Origin: Eledone cirrhosa
Taxonomy: Eukaryota
Assembly: GCA_964016885.1 (NCBI GenBank)
Contig: OZ024742.1
Span: 260,462,001 to 260,526,000 of the forward strand
Direction of reading: 5' to 3'
DNA length: 64,000 nucleotides
Shown: piece by piece, positions 33,701 through 48,008 of the stretch
Layout of the letters: each line of letters opens with the position of its first letter
How positions within the stretch are numbered: position 1 is the stretch's first letter
Notes under the pieces: generated by a model
Seen by the model: only the letters and a program-made list of their open reading frames with translations
Database searches by the model: none
Told to the model about the DNA's origin: nothing
Position numbers and translations under genes: made by a program

Positions 33701-36265
33701 ACAACCTACCCTCAGTTGTAGTGTAAGAGACAACCTACCCTCAGTGGTAGTGTAAGAGACAACCTACCCTCAGTTGTAGTGTAAGAGACAACCTACCCTC
33801 AGTTGCAGTGTGAGAGACAATCTACCCTCACCTGCAGTGTAAGAGACAACCTACCCTCAGTTGTAGTGTAAGAGACAACCTACCCTCAGTTGTAGTGTAA
33901 GAGACAACCTACCCTCAGTTGCAGTGTGAGAGACAATCTACCCTCAGTTGCAGTGTGTGAGACAATCTACCCTCACCTGCAGTGTAAGAGACAACCTACC
34001 CTCAGTTGCAGTGTAAGAGACAACAACCTACCCTCAGTTGCAGTGTAAGAGACAACAACCTACCCTCAATTGCAGTGTGAGAGACAACCTACCCTCAGTT
34101 GCAGTGTGTGAGACAATCTACCCTCAGTTGCAGTGTAAGACACAATCTACCCTCAGTTGCAGTGTAAGACACAACCTACCCTCAATTGTAGTGTAAGACA
34201 CAACCTACCCTCAGTTGTAGTGTAAGAGACAACCTACCCTCAGTTGTAGTGTAAGAGACAACCTACCCTCAGTTGTAGTGTAAGAGACAACCTACCCTCA
34301 GTTGTAGTGTAAGAGACAACCTACCCTCAGTTGTAGTGTAAGAGACAACCTACCCTCAGTTGTAGTGTAAGAGACAACCTACCCTCAGTTGCAGTGTGAG
34401 AGACAACCTACCCTCAGTTGCAGTGTAAGACACAACCTACCCTCAGTTGCAGTGTGAGAGACAACCTACCCTCAGTTGCAGTGTAAGACACAATCTACCC
34501 TCAGTTGCAGTGTAAGACACAACCTACCCTCAATTGTAGTGTAAGACACAACCTACCCTCAGTTGTAGTGTAATGACAACCTACCCTCAGTTGCAGTGTG
34601 AGAGACAACCTACCCTCAGTTGTAGTGTAAGAGACAATCTACCCTCACCTGCAGAGTAAGAGACAATCTACCCTCACCTGCAGAGTAAGAGACCATCTAC
34701 CCTCACCTGCAGAGTAAGAGACAATCTACCCTCACCTGCAGAGTAAGAGACAATCTACCCTCAGTTGCAGCGTAAGAGACAACCTACCCTCAATTGTAGT
34801 GTAAGAGACAATCTACCCTCAGTTGCAGTGTAACAGACAACCTACCCTCAATTGTAGTGTAAGAAACAACCTACCCTCAGTTGCAGTGTAAGAGACAACC
34901 TACCCTCAATTGTAGTGTGAGAGACAACCTACCCTCACCTGCAGTGTAACAGACAACCTACCCTCACCTGTAGTCTAAGAGACAACCTACCCTCAGTTGT
35001 AGTGTGAGAGACAACCTACCCTCAGTTGCAGTGTAACAGACAACCTACCCTCAGTTGCAGTGTGAGAGACAACCTACCCTCAGTTGCAGTGTGAGAGACA
35101 ACCTACCCTCAGTTGCAGTGTGAGAGACAACCTACCCTCAGTTGCAGTGTAAGAGACAACCTACCCTCAGTTGCAGTGTGAGAGACAACCTACCCTCAGT
35201 TGCAGTGTGAGAGACAACCTACCCTCAGTTGCAGTGTGAGAGACAACCTACCCTCAGTTGTAGTGTAAGAGACAACCTACCCTCAGTTGTAGTGTGAGAG
35301 ACAACCTACCCTCAGTTGTAGTGTAAGAGACAACCTACCCTCAGTTGCAGTGTGAGAGACAATCTACCCTCACCTGCAGTGTAAGAGACAACCTACCCTC
35401 AGTTGTAGTGTAAGAGACAACCTACCCTCAGTTGCAGTGTGAGAGACAACCTACCCTCAGTTGCAGTGTGAGAGACAACCTACCCTCAGTTGCAGTGTAA
35501 GAGACAACCTACCCTCAGTTGCAGTGTGAGAGACAACCTACCCTCAGTTGCAGTGTGAGAGACAACCTACCCTCAGTTGCAGTGTGAGAGACAACCTACC
35601 CTCAGTTGCAGTGTAAGAGACAACCTACCCTCAGTTGTAGTCTAAGAGACAACCTACCCTCAGTTGTAGTGTAAGAGACAACAACCTACCCTCAGTTGCA
35701 GTGTGTGAGACAACCTACCCTCAGTTGCAGTGTAAGACACAACCTACCCTCAGTTGTAGTGTGAGACAACCTACCCTCAGTTGCAGTGTGTGAGACAACC
35801 TACCCTCAGTTGTAGTCTAAGAGACAATCTACCCTCAGTTGTAGTGTATGAGACAACAACCTACTCTCAGTTGTAGTGTGTGAGACAACCTACCCTCAGT
35901 TGCAGTGTGAGAGACAACCTACCCTCACCTGCAGTGTAACAGACAACCTACCCTCAGTTGCAGTGTGTGAGACAACCGACCATCAGTTGTAGTGTAAGAG
36001 ACAACAACCTACCCTCAGTTGCAGTGTAAGAGACAACCTACCCTCAGTTGTAGTGTAAGAGACAACAACCTACCCTCAGTTGCAGTGTGTGAGACAACCT
36101 ACCCTCAGTTGTAGTCTAAGAGACAACCTACCCTCAGTTGTAGTGTAAGAGACAACAACCTACCCTCAGTTGCAGTGTGAGAGACAACCTACCCTCAGTT
36201 GCAGTGTGAGAGACAACCTACCCTCAGTTTCAGTGTGAGAGACAACCTACCCTCAGTTGCAGTGT
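30770..36265 (+). repeat. 29-bp tandem satellite, ~190 units
   Basis: Consensus agagacaacctaccctcagttg(t/c)agtgt(a/g), head to tail with no spacers. Confidence 0.98.
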
Positions 36266-37451
36266 ATGATAGGATCTGTTGTCACATGCAAGCATGGTGA
36301 AACAACCTTAAAATGCTCACACCTTGTAGGATGTATCTCATCGGATGTTTCTTGTGTGTATTAATGATAGGCAACATAATGCACAACGTCACCACCATCA
36401 CCACCCCTCTCTCTCTCTCTCACTGACCTTTCACCTGACCTCACTATTTACATGACCTTTTTAACTATATGATATCCCACTGCTTCACTCCTTGACTTCA
36501 TGTCTTCTGCTAAAGTACTTGATAAACACCCTCCTTCACATTCTTTTAACCAACACCCACCCACCCTCTGCACAGCAGGGTTGGCAGAGGAGGAGGCTGG
36601 GTCTTTCGAGGTAGCTTCAAAAACGAAATTTATAGCTCCCACCTATGTAGCTTTAGTTGGCCTCTCAGATGTTTTAACTGATAGGTACCCCTACCCTATC
36701 ATGTAATGCAACATTACATGCTCAACAACACAACTTGCCACCTGGTCCATGAACTGAACCCACAACTTTATGATCATTAGTCCAACACCTTAACCACTAG
36801 GCTACTGGATTATCAGGTAGCTTGTTGAACAATAGAGCAACAACTTTGTGAAATAATAGTAATAACTGTTTCTACTTTAGGCACAAGGCCAGCAATTACC
36901 CAAGTGGTTGGAGTGTTGAACCTGCGATTATAGGGTCGTGGGTTCAATTACTGCACAAGGTGACTCGTGACTTGAGCAAGACACTTTATTTCATGTTTTC
37001 ATGATAGGAATGGGGTCTCTGTCATTGAAACATGCAAGAAACCTTATATGGGGCATACTGTATATATGCTTCAGTTTGGCCTGTTCGTTTATGCTTTGCC
37101 GTTCACGTGTATTACTATTACAAATCCATCGGAGCATGCAAGCTTCATTTCTTTCCAACCTCTGCAAGTCTTCTGCTAACAGCGCCCATGTCTCACTGCC
37201 ATGCAACATTGCTGTTCATATGCACGCATCATACAGTCTGCATTTCATTTTGAGGGAAAAGATATATATATATATTTAGTCTTAGCTCATAATTGTTTCT
37301 ACTTTTGGCACAAGGCCAGCAATTATCTCAGTGTATTACTGGTACTTTATTTTATCGACCCCATAAGGATGAAAGGCAAAGTTAGCTCATAATAAAAGTC
37401 TATTAGTTGATGGTGGTGATAAGTAAAATATATATACATTCATACATAGAT

Positions 37452-40400
37452 CATCATCATCATCGTTTAACATCTATCTTCCACGCTAGCATGGGTTAGA
37501 CGGAAATTGTCCCACTTGAGGCAAGATTGATCGGGTGACCGTATCTCACTCGTATAGGACTGTATCTAGCAGGTTTTCTATGGCTGTATGCCCTTCCTAA
37601 CACCAACCACATTTACAGTGTGGACTGGGAGTTTTTTTACAATGTCTCCTACACGACCACTTTGTGTGGACTGGGTGCTTTTTGTTGTGACACCTAGATG
37701 GCCGCCACTTTAGTTTGTTCTGTGGTACCAACATAACTTTACAGAGAAAGGGCGGTGTTGGTGGAAGTGGGAGGATGGAGTAGGAGTAGTGGATTGGGGT
37801 GTATATTTGATTAAGAGGTGCTTACTGATTGTAGGTTTAACTTTGTACGTAAGGGAGGGCGGGTCTTCTGTATTACGGCGTAGTGCCAAAGGTTTGGGTC
37901 CATGGCATTGTCTTAGAGAGGTGTAAGTGTGCAAGGTCAGATTTTATCATGTCATCCCAGGTTTTGCTGGGTCTACCTACTCAATAATTTCCATTAATTT
38001 TGATCACCCTGCACTTTTTTTATACAGCTGTCATCTTTCATGCATATCACATGACCATACCAACGTAGTCTTCTCTCGAGTAAACAACATCTGATCCCTT
38101 TTATTCCTAATTTCTCACTTAGTTCATTTATGTTCTGCCATTCGCGTATATTACTATTACACATCCATCAGAGCATGCCTGCTTCATTCCTTTCCAATCT
38201 GCAGAGATCCTCTGCACACAATGCCCATGTCTCACTGCCATGTAACATTGCTGTTCGTATACAAGAATCATACAATCTGCTTTTCATTTTTAGAGAGAAA
38301 CCTTTTGTGGCCAACAGCGGTATTAGCTCTCTGAACTTCTATCCCATTCTAACTCTGGCTACTCTACTTTCAAAGCACCCTCCTCCACTGCTGATTTTGT
38401 CACCCAGGTAACGGAAAGTGTCTACTATTTCTTTAGAACCATCTGGGCAGTTGAAGGAGCTAGTATCCTGTGGGCACTTGCTACTTATTGCACCTGAACA
38501 TCGGCCACATATAAAGTCTACGTTCTTATAAAGTTTACCTGTCATCCCACTACATCCTTTATGTACCAATAGTTTGCATTTGGGGCATAGAATGGAATTT
38601 CTACCTACTCCTTTCCTACATACTGAGCATGGCCATTTCCCAGAGGACACCTGTGCCCTATTTTCCTTACTCGAACTTTACTCTTAGACAAGTTAACTTT
38701 AAGGCCTTTTGATTCTAGGCCATGCTTCCATGTTTGGAATTTCTTCTCTAGTTCAGCCAGATTCAGCTAGGGAGTTAGATCATCTACATATAGAAGTTCC
38801 CATGGGCAGCCGGTCTTAAACTTTTCTGTAATAGCCTGTAGGGCAATAATAAAATGGAGGGGGTTAAGGACAGAGCCTTCATGAACACCTACTTTTATGC
38901 TAAATTCTTCACTATATTCATTGTTAATTCTAACCTTGCTGACTGTTCCTCTATACATGACTTGTATAGCTCTCACAAGTCATCCATCTACTCCTAGTTT
39001 TCTAAGGGCTTTCTCCAAGTCAACAAAAGCTAAGTTGGGGGGTTTACTTTAGCTAGGTACTTCTCCTGTAGTTGCCGTACAAGGCAGAGAGCATCCGTGG
39101 TACTTTTACCTGGCACAAACCCAAACTGTATTTCATCTAGATCAATTCGCTCTCTAATTAGTTGTGCAATAACTCTTTCTGTGACCTTCATGACCTGGTC
39201 AACTAACTTAATGCCTCTATAGTTTTCTCTATCTCGAGCATCTACTTTGCACTTGTAGCAGTTAACGATTATGTTGCTACGCCAGTCTTTTGGTATGACC
39301 CCATTCTGTATTACTTGGTTTACTATCCGGGTGGCCATAGTATGTCCCACCATTCCAGATGCTTTCAACATCTCAGCAACTATATCCAAAGGCCCAGCTG
39401 CCTTGCCTGTCTTCATATCTTTGATTGCCTTACTTATTATACTACCATTAACTTGCACAGCTGGTCCCTGTATTAGATCGATTTGGGGCAGACTATCTTT
39501 ATCCCATTCATTCTCATCATTTAGTAGTCTCTCATAGTGACACTTCCAAGCTACATTCTTATCAGTATCAGTGAGGGCAAGTACACCACCGTCATCATTA
39601 CGGACACACTTCTTCCCCGACAATATCTTGGTTTTCCTTGACACATTGTCTTACAATCCTGAATACCTCACGCCTTTGGTCCTCGTGTTGTAGAACATGC
39701 TCGAACTTTCTAAACTCTGCTTCCCTTCTTGCAAAATACACTTGTCGCCTAGAATCTCTCCTAGCCACCTGATAGTGTTCTCTACTTCCTCTATACCGCC
39801 ATTCTTTCCAAGCCTACTTTTTGGCCTTGATTGTCTCCACCACCTTACTGTTCCACCACCAAGTTACTCTCCTCCTGCCTAAAGGTCTGCTCCAGCCACA
39901 GATTTCATCTGTCACCTTCAGCAGGTTAACCTTCAGGAATTCCCACTGTTCCTCTATATTGTATGTCTTTAATTGCTCTTCCTTACTGTCACAAGCATCA
40001 AGTAATATGCTTTTAAATTTGTTACTTGCTGTGAGGTCCTTCAACTTCCATATTCTTCTCCTCAAGGTAGTCCTCCTCTGCCATCGAGTACATCAAGTCC
40101 TGACTATGAGGTCACTAACTATTAGGCTATGTTGGGAGGTGCATTCTTCACGAGGGAGGGACTTAGTGTTTATAACGGACACTCTGTCATGTCTTCTAGT
40201 AAGGATAAAATCTATCTGGCTGGTGTGTTTCCCTGATCTATAGGTGATCAAGTGATTGTCTCATTTTTTGACGTTTGCGTTACAAATAGTTAGGTTATTA
40301 GCATCACAAAATTACAGGATCCTGAAGCCTTCCTCATTTCTAGTACCAAACCTATGGCCTCCATAGATTCCGTCATAGCCATCACAATGTTGTCCAACAT

Positions 40401-41110
40401 GACCATTAAGGTTGCCAGCAATAATTATGTAGTCACATGAAGGCGCATAGCTTAGTAGTTAGAGCATTGGGCTTGCAATCAAAAGGTTGTGAGTTCAATA
40501 CTCGGACTGGGTGATCTGTTGTTTCCTTGAGCAAGACACTTTATTTCACATTGCTCCAGTTTACTCATCTGTAGAAATGAGATGATAGGACTAGGAGTCC
40601 CTATCATTCCACTGCAAAGTGGTCGTGGAGGTGCCACGGCAAAAAGCACCCAGCCCACACTGTAAAGTGGACGTGTAGGCGCCACAGAAAAAAAGCACCC
40701 AGTACTCACTGTAAATGAGGTTGGTGTTAGGAAGGGCATCCAGCTGTAGAAATCAAGCCAGAATCAGTTCTCGCATGAGCAAGACAAGGTCAGCCGACCG
40801 GACACTGCCCACAACAGGACAACCCGTCAAACCCATGCTAGCATGGAAGGACGGACATAAAACGGTGATGATGATGATGATGATGTCGGTTATTTGAGAG
40901 GTAGTGAGCATTAGTGACTCATAGAACCTGTCTTTTATAATGTCGGGTAGGCCAGATTGGGCTGCATAAGCAGATTTTATTTACACAGTTGTTCTATTTA
41001 CTAGTCTTATTTTAATCATTCTGTCGTTCACTCTATTTACAGCAATTATCTTATCTACCCATTTTTCTGCTAACATAATTCCTATTCACCCAGCCCGTTG
41101 TCATTTCCCA
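37452..41110 (-). mobile_element. RTE-clade LINE, degraded, interrupted by a SINE/RTE-tail chimera
   Basis: APE, TWWWN, NYRGIKL, QFGFVPGKSTTDA, PWELLYVDD, PHD-like finger, 3' UTR and (GAT)n tail; close relative of 60483-63885. Confidence 0.9.
40437..40885 (+). mobile_element. tRNA-SINE head fused to an RTE 3' UTR
   Basis: Family B head (40437-~40580) followed by sequence matching the 3' UTR of the 58187-60462 RTE, ending (GAT)n; inserted antisense into the host LINE APE region. Confidence 0.8.
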
Positions 41111-42697
41111 TACATATATATATATATAGAGAGAGAGAGAGTCTCTTATAACATAATGAAGTCCATTAGTTGTATCAATTCCCAGATTAACTGACTTCAA
41201 TTTCCCACATTCCTAATGAATAACAAAACAAATATGAAGGTGTGGAGGACATGAAGTTTTAAATAAATCAAGATTTTTATTGTTCATTCTGCTTTTCATT
41301 CTTATTTGTTTCTTACTCTTTTCTTTTTCTCCACTTCTTTTTGTACCCCATTATTTTCTTTCTTTCTTTTCCCCTAATTTTTCCTGCAGTCTCTCAAACC
41401 TTTAACATAATTTTCAGTGAGATTCAGTGTGACACAGTATGTGGCATGGCTGACAGGCTTCCAAGCAGTTTCTGACTAGCCAATTTAATTTATAAGGCAT
41501 GGGTCAACCTGCAGCTATGGTATGTAATGCTTGACCCAAGATGCCATGCAGTGCGTTTGAACCTGGACATAATGATTGTGAGATTAACATCTTAACCATT
41601 TGGCCTTGCTACGTCCACTATGTAAAATAGGAGAAAATGACTACAGAGCTTCAAGCCCTGACAATGGATGAATTGAAGTGGAAGAGAGGGAAGGTTTCCA
41701 AGATGGATAAATACTGGTCCTGGTAAAACTAGAGAAGGCACCTCTTGCACTAGTGACACAGCCTTTCCAACACTATCTTATTCTATTCAAAACCAGTGAG
41801 TAAATAAATGAGAGCAGTCACACAGCTCCTGGATAAAGGAATAATTTCTTGAAAATTTAATGAGTAAATGGTTGCAAAAAGAATAAGATAATGACTGTTT
41901 TAAGAAAATATATTTTCTCTCCCACCTTACCACAGAGCAGAGAAAATAACGGCCAATATAAACACTAAATCAATATTGCAAATACCGAAACAATACAAAC
42001 AAGAAGATAGTAAATCCGGTTTTAAAAAAAAAACACAAGGGATTGACACTTCAAATTCACCTTATTCTCCTTTTACTTTACTCCACTTTTCAAATTAAAT
42101 GATACGACGGTTCAGTTATATTCAAATATTGTAAGGGCGTCCATTGTGAATATCGTTAAGATGTATGCGAAAATGTAAACAGAAGCTGATTCAGCAGCCA
42201 GCTTGACAATTATCACTAGCATTACCAAGAGGAAGGCAACGACAGCAACAGTGACAATAACAACGACCCCGCATCTTCGGTGAAAGAAGGCATTCGAGCC
42301 CTGGCAGCCGAAATAGGTATCAGTATCAACTACCACTACCATTAACAAGAGGAAGGCAATGACAGCAGCAGTGACAATAACAACAACATATATGTGTATA
42401 CAACAACATTTTACCAGCAATCACTACCACCACCATTAACAAGAGGAAGCCAACTCCAGCATCAGTGACCATAACAACCTTTGGGTTTTTCACCTGGGAA
42501 TAAACCCCTGTTTTCTTTTTGTACATTCATCCATTCATTTTTTTTTTTCCTAACTTTCTACTTTCTTGTGTGTCCCCCTCCATGCAACCCCTCCCCTTCT
42601 CTTCTATCCTATCTTGTCGTCTGTCACCTCCATATCTGATGTAGGTGAGCTATGAGGCCTCACTCATACCAACGCTTTCCCTTCCACCCACATACAG

Positions 42698-45600
42698 TTG
42701 TCCCTAGCACCTAAGCTGGTGACAACCAGCCACTCACCCCTGATGCCGCTTGGTGCCCCAGTCCCCGGCTCCATGCCCCATCCTCCATCCCCACGAGTGG
42801 ACACCTGCAGCACTTGCAGCACCATGAACACACAGAAGAGGGGCTGGAACTGTTCAGGGTGTGGCTGCTTCCACCACCTCACCTGTGTTGGCTTGATGAT
42901 TCCAGCTTCCAGTGCCCTCACAGTGTGGAGATGCAGAAACTGTCTCTTCCCCTCATCTGCCCAGCCACGGCCATTTGACACACCACTAGATGAGACAGCG
43001 AACTTGCCTGATGCCCAAGCCTCGCTGGTCAACATGGCTCGGCTCAGGCGGCTCTGGAAGATTCCGTTCAGGATCCCGAGAGCAGCCCGGGTGCCAGTAG
43101 CCAATGCCCTCACTTCCTCGATTGAGAGTGCCCTGGACTCTAATCGAGCCAGCGACTTAGACCACCTCTTCTATTTCGCCCCACTCACCCTCAGCCTCCC
43201 CAGCTCTGGTGCTGACCGAGGCGGCCTATCAACAGCAGCCTTTGTCAAGGCCAATGTTTCGTCCTTTGGGCAAGCGTCCTTTCCAAGGATGCTGAAGGAC
43301 GTCACATCCTCTGCTCTCAGGTGCCTCCAATCCTCCACCCCTGAGGCCAGTGCCAAGTGTTTGCGTGACCGCGTAAATGCTAAACTAATCATTGATGTCC
43401 CGGCCGCAGTCAGAGTGGTTGCCTCAGAGGACACTGTCTTCCAACCCACCGACGAGGTCCTGGTTGCCCTGCGACTCAAGCACCTGAGCCACCCATTGAG
43501 CTACGACCCATAACCCCACCTGATCCCCACCTGTGCCTTGTGGCTTCTGACGCAGGACATCATGTCTGCCATCAAGTCCTTCCCAGCTAGCAGCGTTAAA
43601 GGTGCTGATGGTCTCCGACCTGGCCACCTCAAGGAGTTGCTATTCCCCCGCTCCACTGAAGCTGGGCGCTGCCTTCTGAGTGCAATTGTGGCACTCACCA
43701 ATAGGCTTATCCTTGGCGCCCTAGATCCTCATGCCCAAGGCCTCTTTTTTTCGGCTAGCCTGACTGCTCTCAGGAAGAAAGAGGGTGGCATACGCCCCAT
43801 CGTTGTGAGCAATGTCTTCCGGAGGCTGGCTGCTAAGGTGGTCTGCCGGTCAATAACACCTGAACTGGGTGAGGAGTTCAGTCTGGTGGCTGTGGGGGAC
43901 CACACATGCAACCAAGCAGTTCTTCAACAGCTGCCCACCGGAACTGGTATCCAGGGACTCCAGGCACCTCATCGTCGAGCTTGACATGAGGAATGCCTTT
44001 AACCGCATACGTCGAGACTATCTGCTCAATGCCTGCCTCAGCCGAGCCCGCTCCACCTACCAGCTGGCCTACCTGTTATATGGAGCCCCGAGCATGTTCC
44101 TTGCTGCTGATATGGTCATACCTTCTGCCACTGGGGTCCAATATGGCGACCCTGGGCCCCCTCTTGTTTGCCCTTGGTATAGACCACATTGTCCGGAGTA
44201 TCATAACCCCTCTGGATGATGTTACACTGGGCGGGCCCATGGAGACTGTCTGCCATGATCTTCAATTGGTGGTTCCTGCTCTGGCGGGAATCGGCCTCCA
44301 GGTTAACTTGTCCATGTCGGAGGGGTGAATGTCAGCCATGATGCTGAGAGCTTTGCAGCTTCTATCTCGGACATGTGGTCCATTCTCCACCAGGTACAGG
44401 TGACCCCCACAGGTCACCGATCCACTCCACCATCAGGTCCAAAAACCAACAACTCCAGACCCTCACGAGCTGACTGGGCTTGATCAACTGCCACCCAGCT
44501 CTCTTCCTGTTGAAGAACTGCTTCGCCATGCCGAAACTCCTCTACACCCTTCGCAGCACTCCGTGCTACACCCACGCATCTCTCCTCGCTGACCTCAATA
44601 CTTGTATCCAAGCAGCAGCCGAGGAGATATGCAATGTCGGGTTTGACGATATTGGATGGCAACAGGCCACTTTACCTGTCAGATATTGAGGCCTTGGGCT
44701 CCAGTCTCCAATCTCACTGGCTTTGCCGGTGTTTCTTTCATCGGTAACCTCATGGTGCATCCTCGTCAGCAGGGTTCTCCAAAGCACAATGGAACCCTCT
44801 GTGATCAGGGAACGTGAGGCCGCCTGTGAGACGTGGGACCGGCTGGAACTTAGCCCAGTAGATGTTCATCCTCCTCCCCTTGCTGACGTCAAGTCCCTCC
44901 CAAGCATTGGGTATGCCATCCAGTGCAGCCTGGCCTCGGACAGGCTCATGCGCCAGCTCAACCAACACCGCCTTGCCTGTTTTGGCGCAGCCTCCAAACC
45001 CCACAGTGGTGCTTAGCTCCATTCCTTCACCTCCTTCTCCACTGGCATGCAGCTGGATAATGATAGCCTGCACATCGGTGTTTCCTTGAGGCTTGGACTC
45101 CAGATCTGCAAGCCACATTAAATGTCGCTGTGGATCCACTATGGACTCTTTCGGCCTCCACCCGCTTTCCTGTCACCACAGTGCCAGCTGCCTTCCATGC
45201 CATGCTGCCCTCAACGAGGTCATAAAACATGGCTTGGACACTGCAGGCTTCCCCCTCCCAGCTCGAGCCAGTGGGGCTTGACCGAGGGGACGGCAAAAGG
45301 CTAGACGGTATGACCATCTTCCCATTCCTTGGCGGCAAATCCCTCATCCAGGATGCCACTTGCAGCGTCATTTTCTCCAGCTGCAACCTGGTGCAGTCTG
45401 CGACTAACCCAGGTACTGCTGCACGTCGAGCTGAGGAGGCCAAACTCTCCAAGTACCAGTTGCTCTCTGACAGGTTCGTGGTCATGCCCTTGGCAGTGGA
45501 GACTTCTGGTGTCCTTGGCCCTAGGGCTACCTCTCTATGCACCACCATAGGCGCTGAACTGGCCAGCTGCAGGTGTGAGCCTCACAAGTTGGAATGGCTC

Positions 45601-45920
45601 TTCCAGCGCGTCTCCCTTACCATCCTCCAGGGAAACGCCTTCTCCATTCTGTCCGCCGGGGCTTGTGGGGAGGCCACCACATTGAACCCCATTTGCTCAC
45701 CATACAGATTAAGACATATAACCTCTCTTTTTCTTTTATTGACCATAGACTATTAAAGAATTTTCTTGTTGGAAATGTGTTGTTAAATACATATTTTTTG
45801 TTGATTTCAAATGTTTTTACTTGGTGTAAACCTTACTTTGTATTGTAATTCATCTTTGTACTATCCAATGTTTTGGACCCTTATGGCCAATAAAAGATAT
45901 TCTTGCAAAAAAAAAAAAAA
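42698..45920 (+). mobile_element. CRE-like non-LTR retrotransposon (PHD, RT, restriction-like endonuclease), disrupted
   Basis: N-terminal CSTC..CSGC..FHHLTC..WRCRNC; GADGLRPGHLKE, LRKKEGGIRPI..SNVFRRL, LDMRNAFN, GVQYGDP; CRCG..H.LSC..H; EPVGLDRGDGKRLDG.T..P, PLAVETSG; AATAAA at ~45889 and poly(A) 45907-45920; multiple stops and frameshifts. Confidence 0.88.
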
Positions 45921-46813
45921 TCTTTCTAAATATGTCATTAGGAGATTAGAGACCTATATTGTATTAATGCTGTATGTTTTAATGTAAATACTGTTACATT
46001 ACCTCTCTTTCCCTGTGACTCTCACTCACTCACTCTTGCTCTCTCCCTCTCAGTCACTCTCTTGTTCACTCTCATTCACTTTTCTCTCTTGCTCACTCTT
46101 TCACTTTTTCTCTCTTGCTCACTCTCTTTCACTTTTTCTCTCTTGCTCACTCTCTTTTATTCTCTCTTACTTACTATCTCTTGACAGGTCTCACTCTCTC
46201 TATATCTCTATTCCTCATTCTAGTGTCTGTGGCATCAAAATCTCTTACACTCTCTCACTCTTTCTCTCTCTTTCCCTCTCTCGCTCACAACTCACCAAAT
46301 CATCTGAGGAACAGGGAGAGGATTTGTTAGTGAAGACATAAGAGTAAGAAAGAAAGAAAGAAAGAGAAATAAATAGCAAGAGAGAGATTTAGCAAGTTAC
46401 ATACCGATAGATAGATATACCTAAAGATAGGTGCAGGCATGGCTTAGTGGTTAAGACATTCGCTTCCCAACCCATTGGTTCTGGATTTAGTCCCACACCC
46501 TAACCACACTTCATATATGTGTGTGTGTGTGTGTTTACTTTATATTTGTTTGTGCTTATGTACCATAATTTGACACAAAAGATTGATAAAATAAATACTT
46601 AATTTGAAAAAAAAAAAGTATTGTGGCTGATATGACTGACTAAACCATGGTGGTGCCCCAGCATGGCCACAATCTACTGACTGAAATAATATGCATATTC
46701 TTTTATTGATTATTTTCTCCTGTTAAAGCTGGTTGATCTTACTATGACTGCCATCCAACCAAATGTACTCCGAGCATATTTCTATTCATCAATATTCACA
46801 GATCAATACTAAA

Positions 46814-47577
46814 TCTATCTATATACTACTAAAACTCTGTAATTTCTTGCTTGTCTGTAATGTGATACAGCCAAAAGTGCGCATAATGGGAAAATACTTT
46901 GAAAGGAAGTTGATCATTTCATGGAATAAAACAAGTTTCATGTAAATCGAAGCACGGGTTCCCGAGATATGGAGTTTTCTGGGTACCTTCATAAACAGAG
47001 AGAGAGAAGGATAGAGAGAAAGAGATAGTGGTTGTGAGAGTAGATTGAAAGTGAGACATAGAGAGAGAGAGGGAGAGGAGACAGAGAAGAGGAATGGAAG
47101 AGAGCTGGTGGTGGTGTTGTGTGTGTGTGTATATATATATATATTATATATATATATGTATATATATGTATGTATATATAAATATATATATATATACCTC
47201 TTTGTTTCGACTGCGGATGGCTAACATCCACACCATCCAGGCCGAAACAAATGAGATCGTGTAGGTGTCACGACAAAAAAACACACAGTCCACGCTGTAA
47301 TGTGGCCGTGTAGGCAACACGGTAAAAACCTCCCAGACCCACACTGTAAATGTGGTTGGTGTTAGGAAGGGCATCCAACTGTAGAAAACCTGCCAGACAG
47401 TCCTATGCGAGCAAGACAATCACTCTTGCCTCAAGTGGGAAAACCCCCATCCAAACCCATGAAAGCGTGGAACACGGACGTTAAACGTTGATGATGATGA
47501 TGATAAATATGTGTATGTTTGTGTATATGCGTGTCTATGACAGTGTATATAGATCACAGACACCCTCATATATATAT

Positions 47578-47609
<32 letters not shown>

Positions 47610-47786
47610 GTATACAAACACATTTATATATATATACACACACGTATATATATGGGCCTTCCAGTTTCATTTCACATCATATACATGTCTGTATATTTTA
47701 ATTATTTAAAAATTATTTTTAAGGGAACATGATTTTTAAAAAATATTTTGAAGTGAACGTGACCCAATGGGTCACGGGTGGTCTAG
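46814..47786 (+). mobile_element. Non-autonomous Helitron with a nested RTE 3' UTR (~47230-47503)
   Basis: A|TCTATCTATATACTACTAAAA start; perfect subterminal hairpin CGTGACCC-aat-GGGTCACG (47758-47776); CTAG|T end. Confidence 0.85.
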
Positions 47787-48008
47787 TTATAAATAAAAGT
47801 ACAACTTCATCATAGGAGCAGTTGAACCACATGACCTTATAATAGCTCAATAAATATAATCAGTCACAGGGTTTAGTGGTTAGGGTGTTCAGGTCATAAT
47901 CATATAGTTGTGAGTTTGATTCCCAGAGTGTGTGAGGGAGGCGTTTTGTCTTGAACAAGACTCATTATTTCTTTATTCTATATTGTTCCAGTCAACTCAG
48001 CTGCATAT

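Noticed and set aside
30770-36265. CRISPR-like array (29-bp repeats)
   Set aside because: Units are head to tail with no unique spacers, there are no cas genes, and the context is eukaryotic.
40437-40510. tRNA gene
   Set aside because: A and B boxes are present but there is no full cloverleaf; it continues into a SINE body and is multi-copy and diverged.
42112-42526. Hydrophobic minus-strand ORFs resembling membrane proteins
   Set aside because: They arise from a thrice-repeated low-complexity CAA/CAG-rich unit; no splice or domain support.
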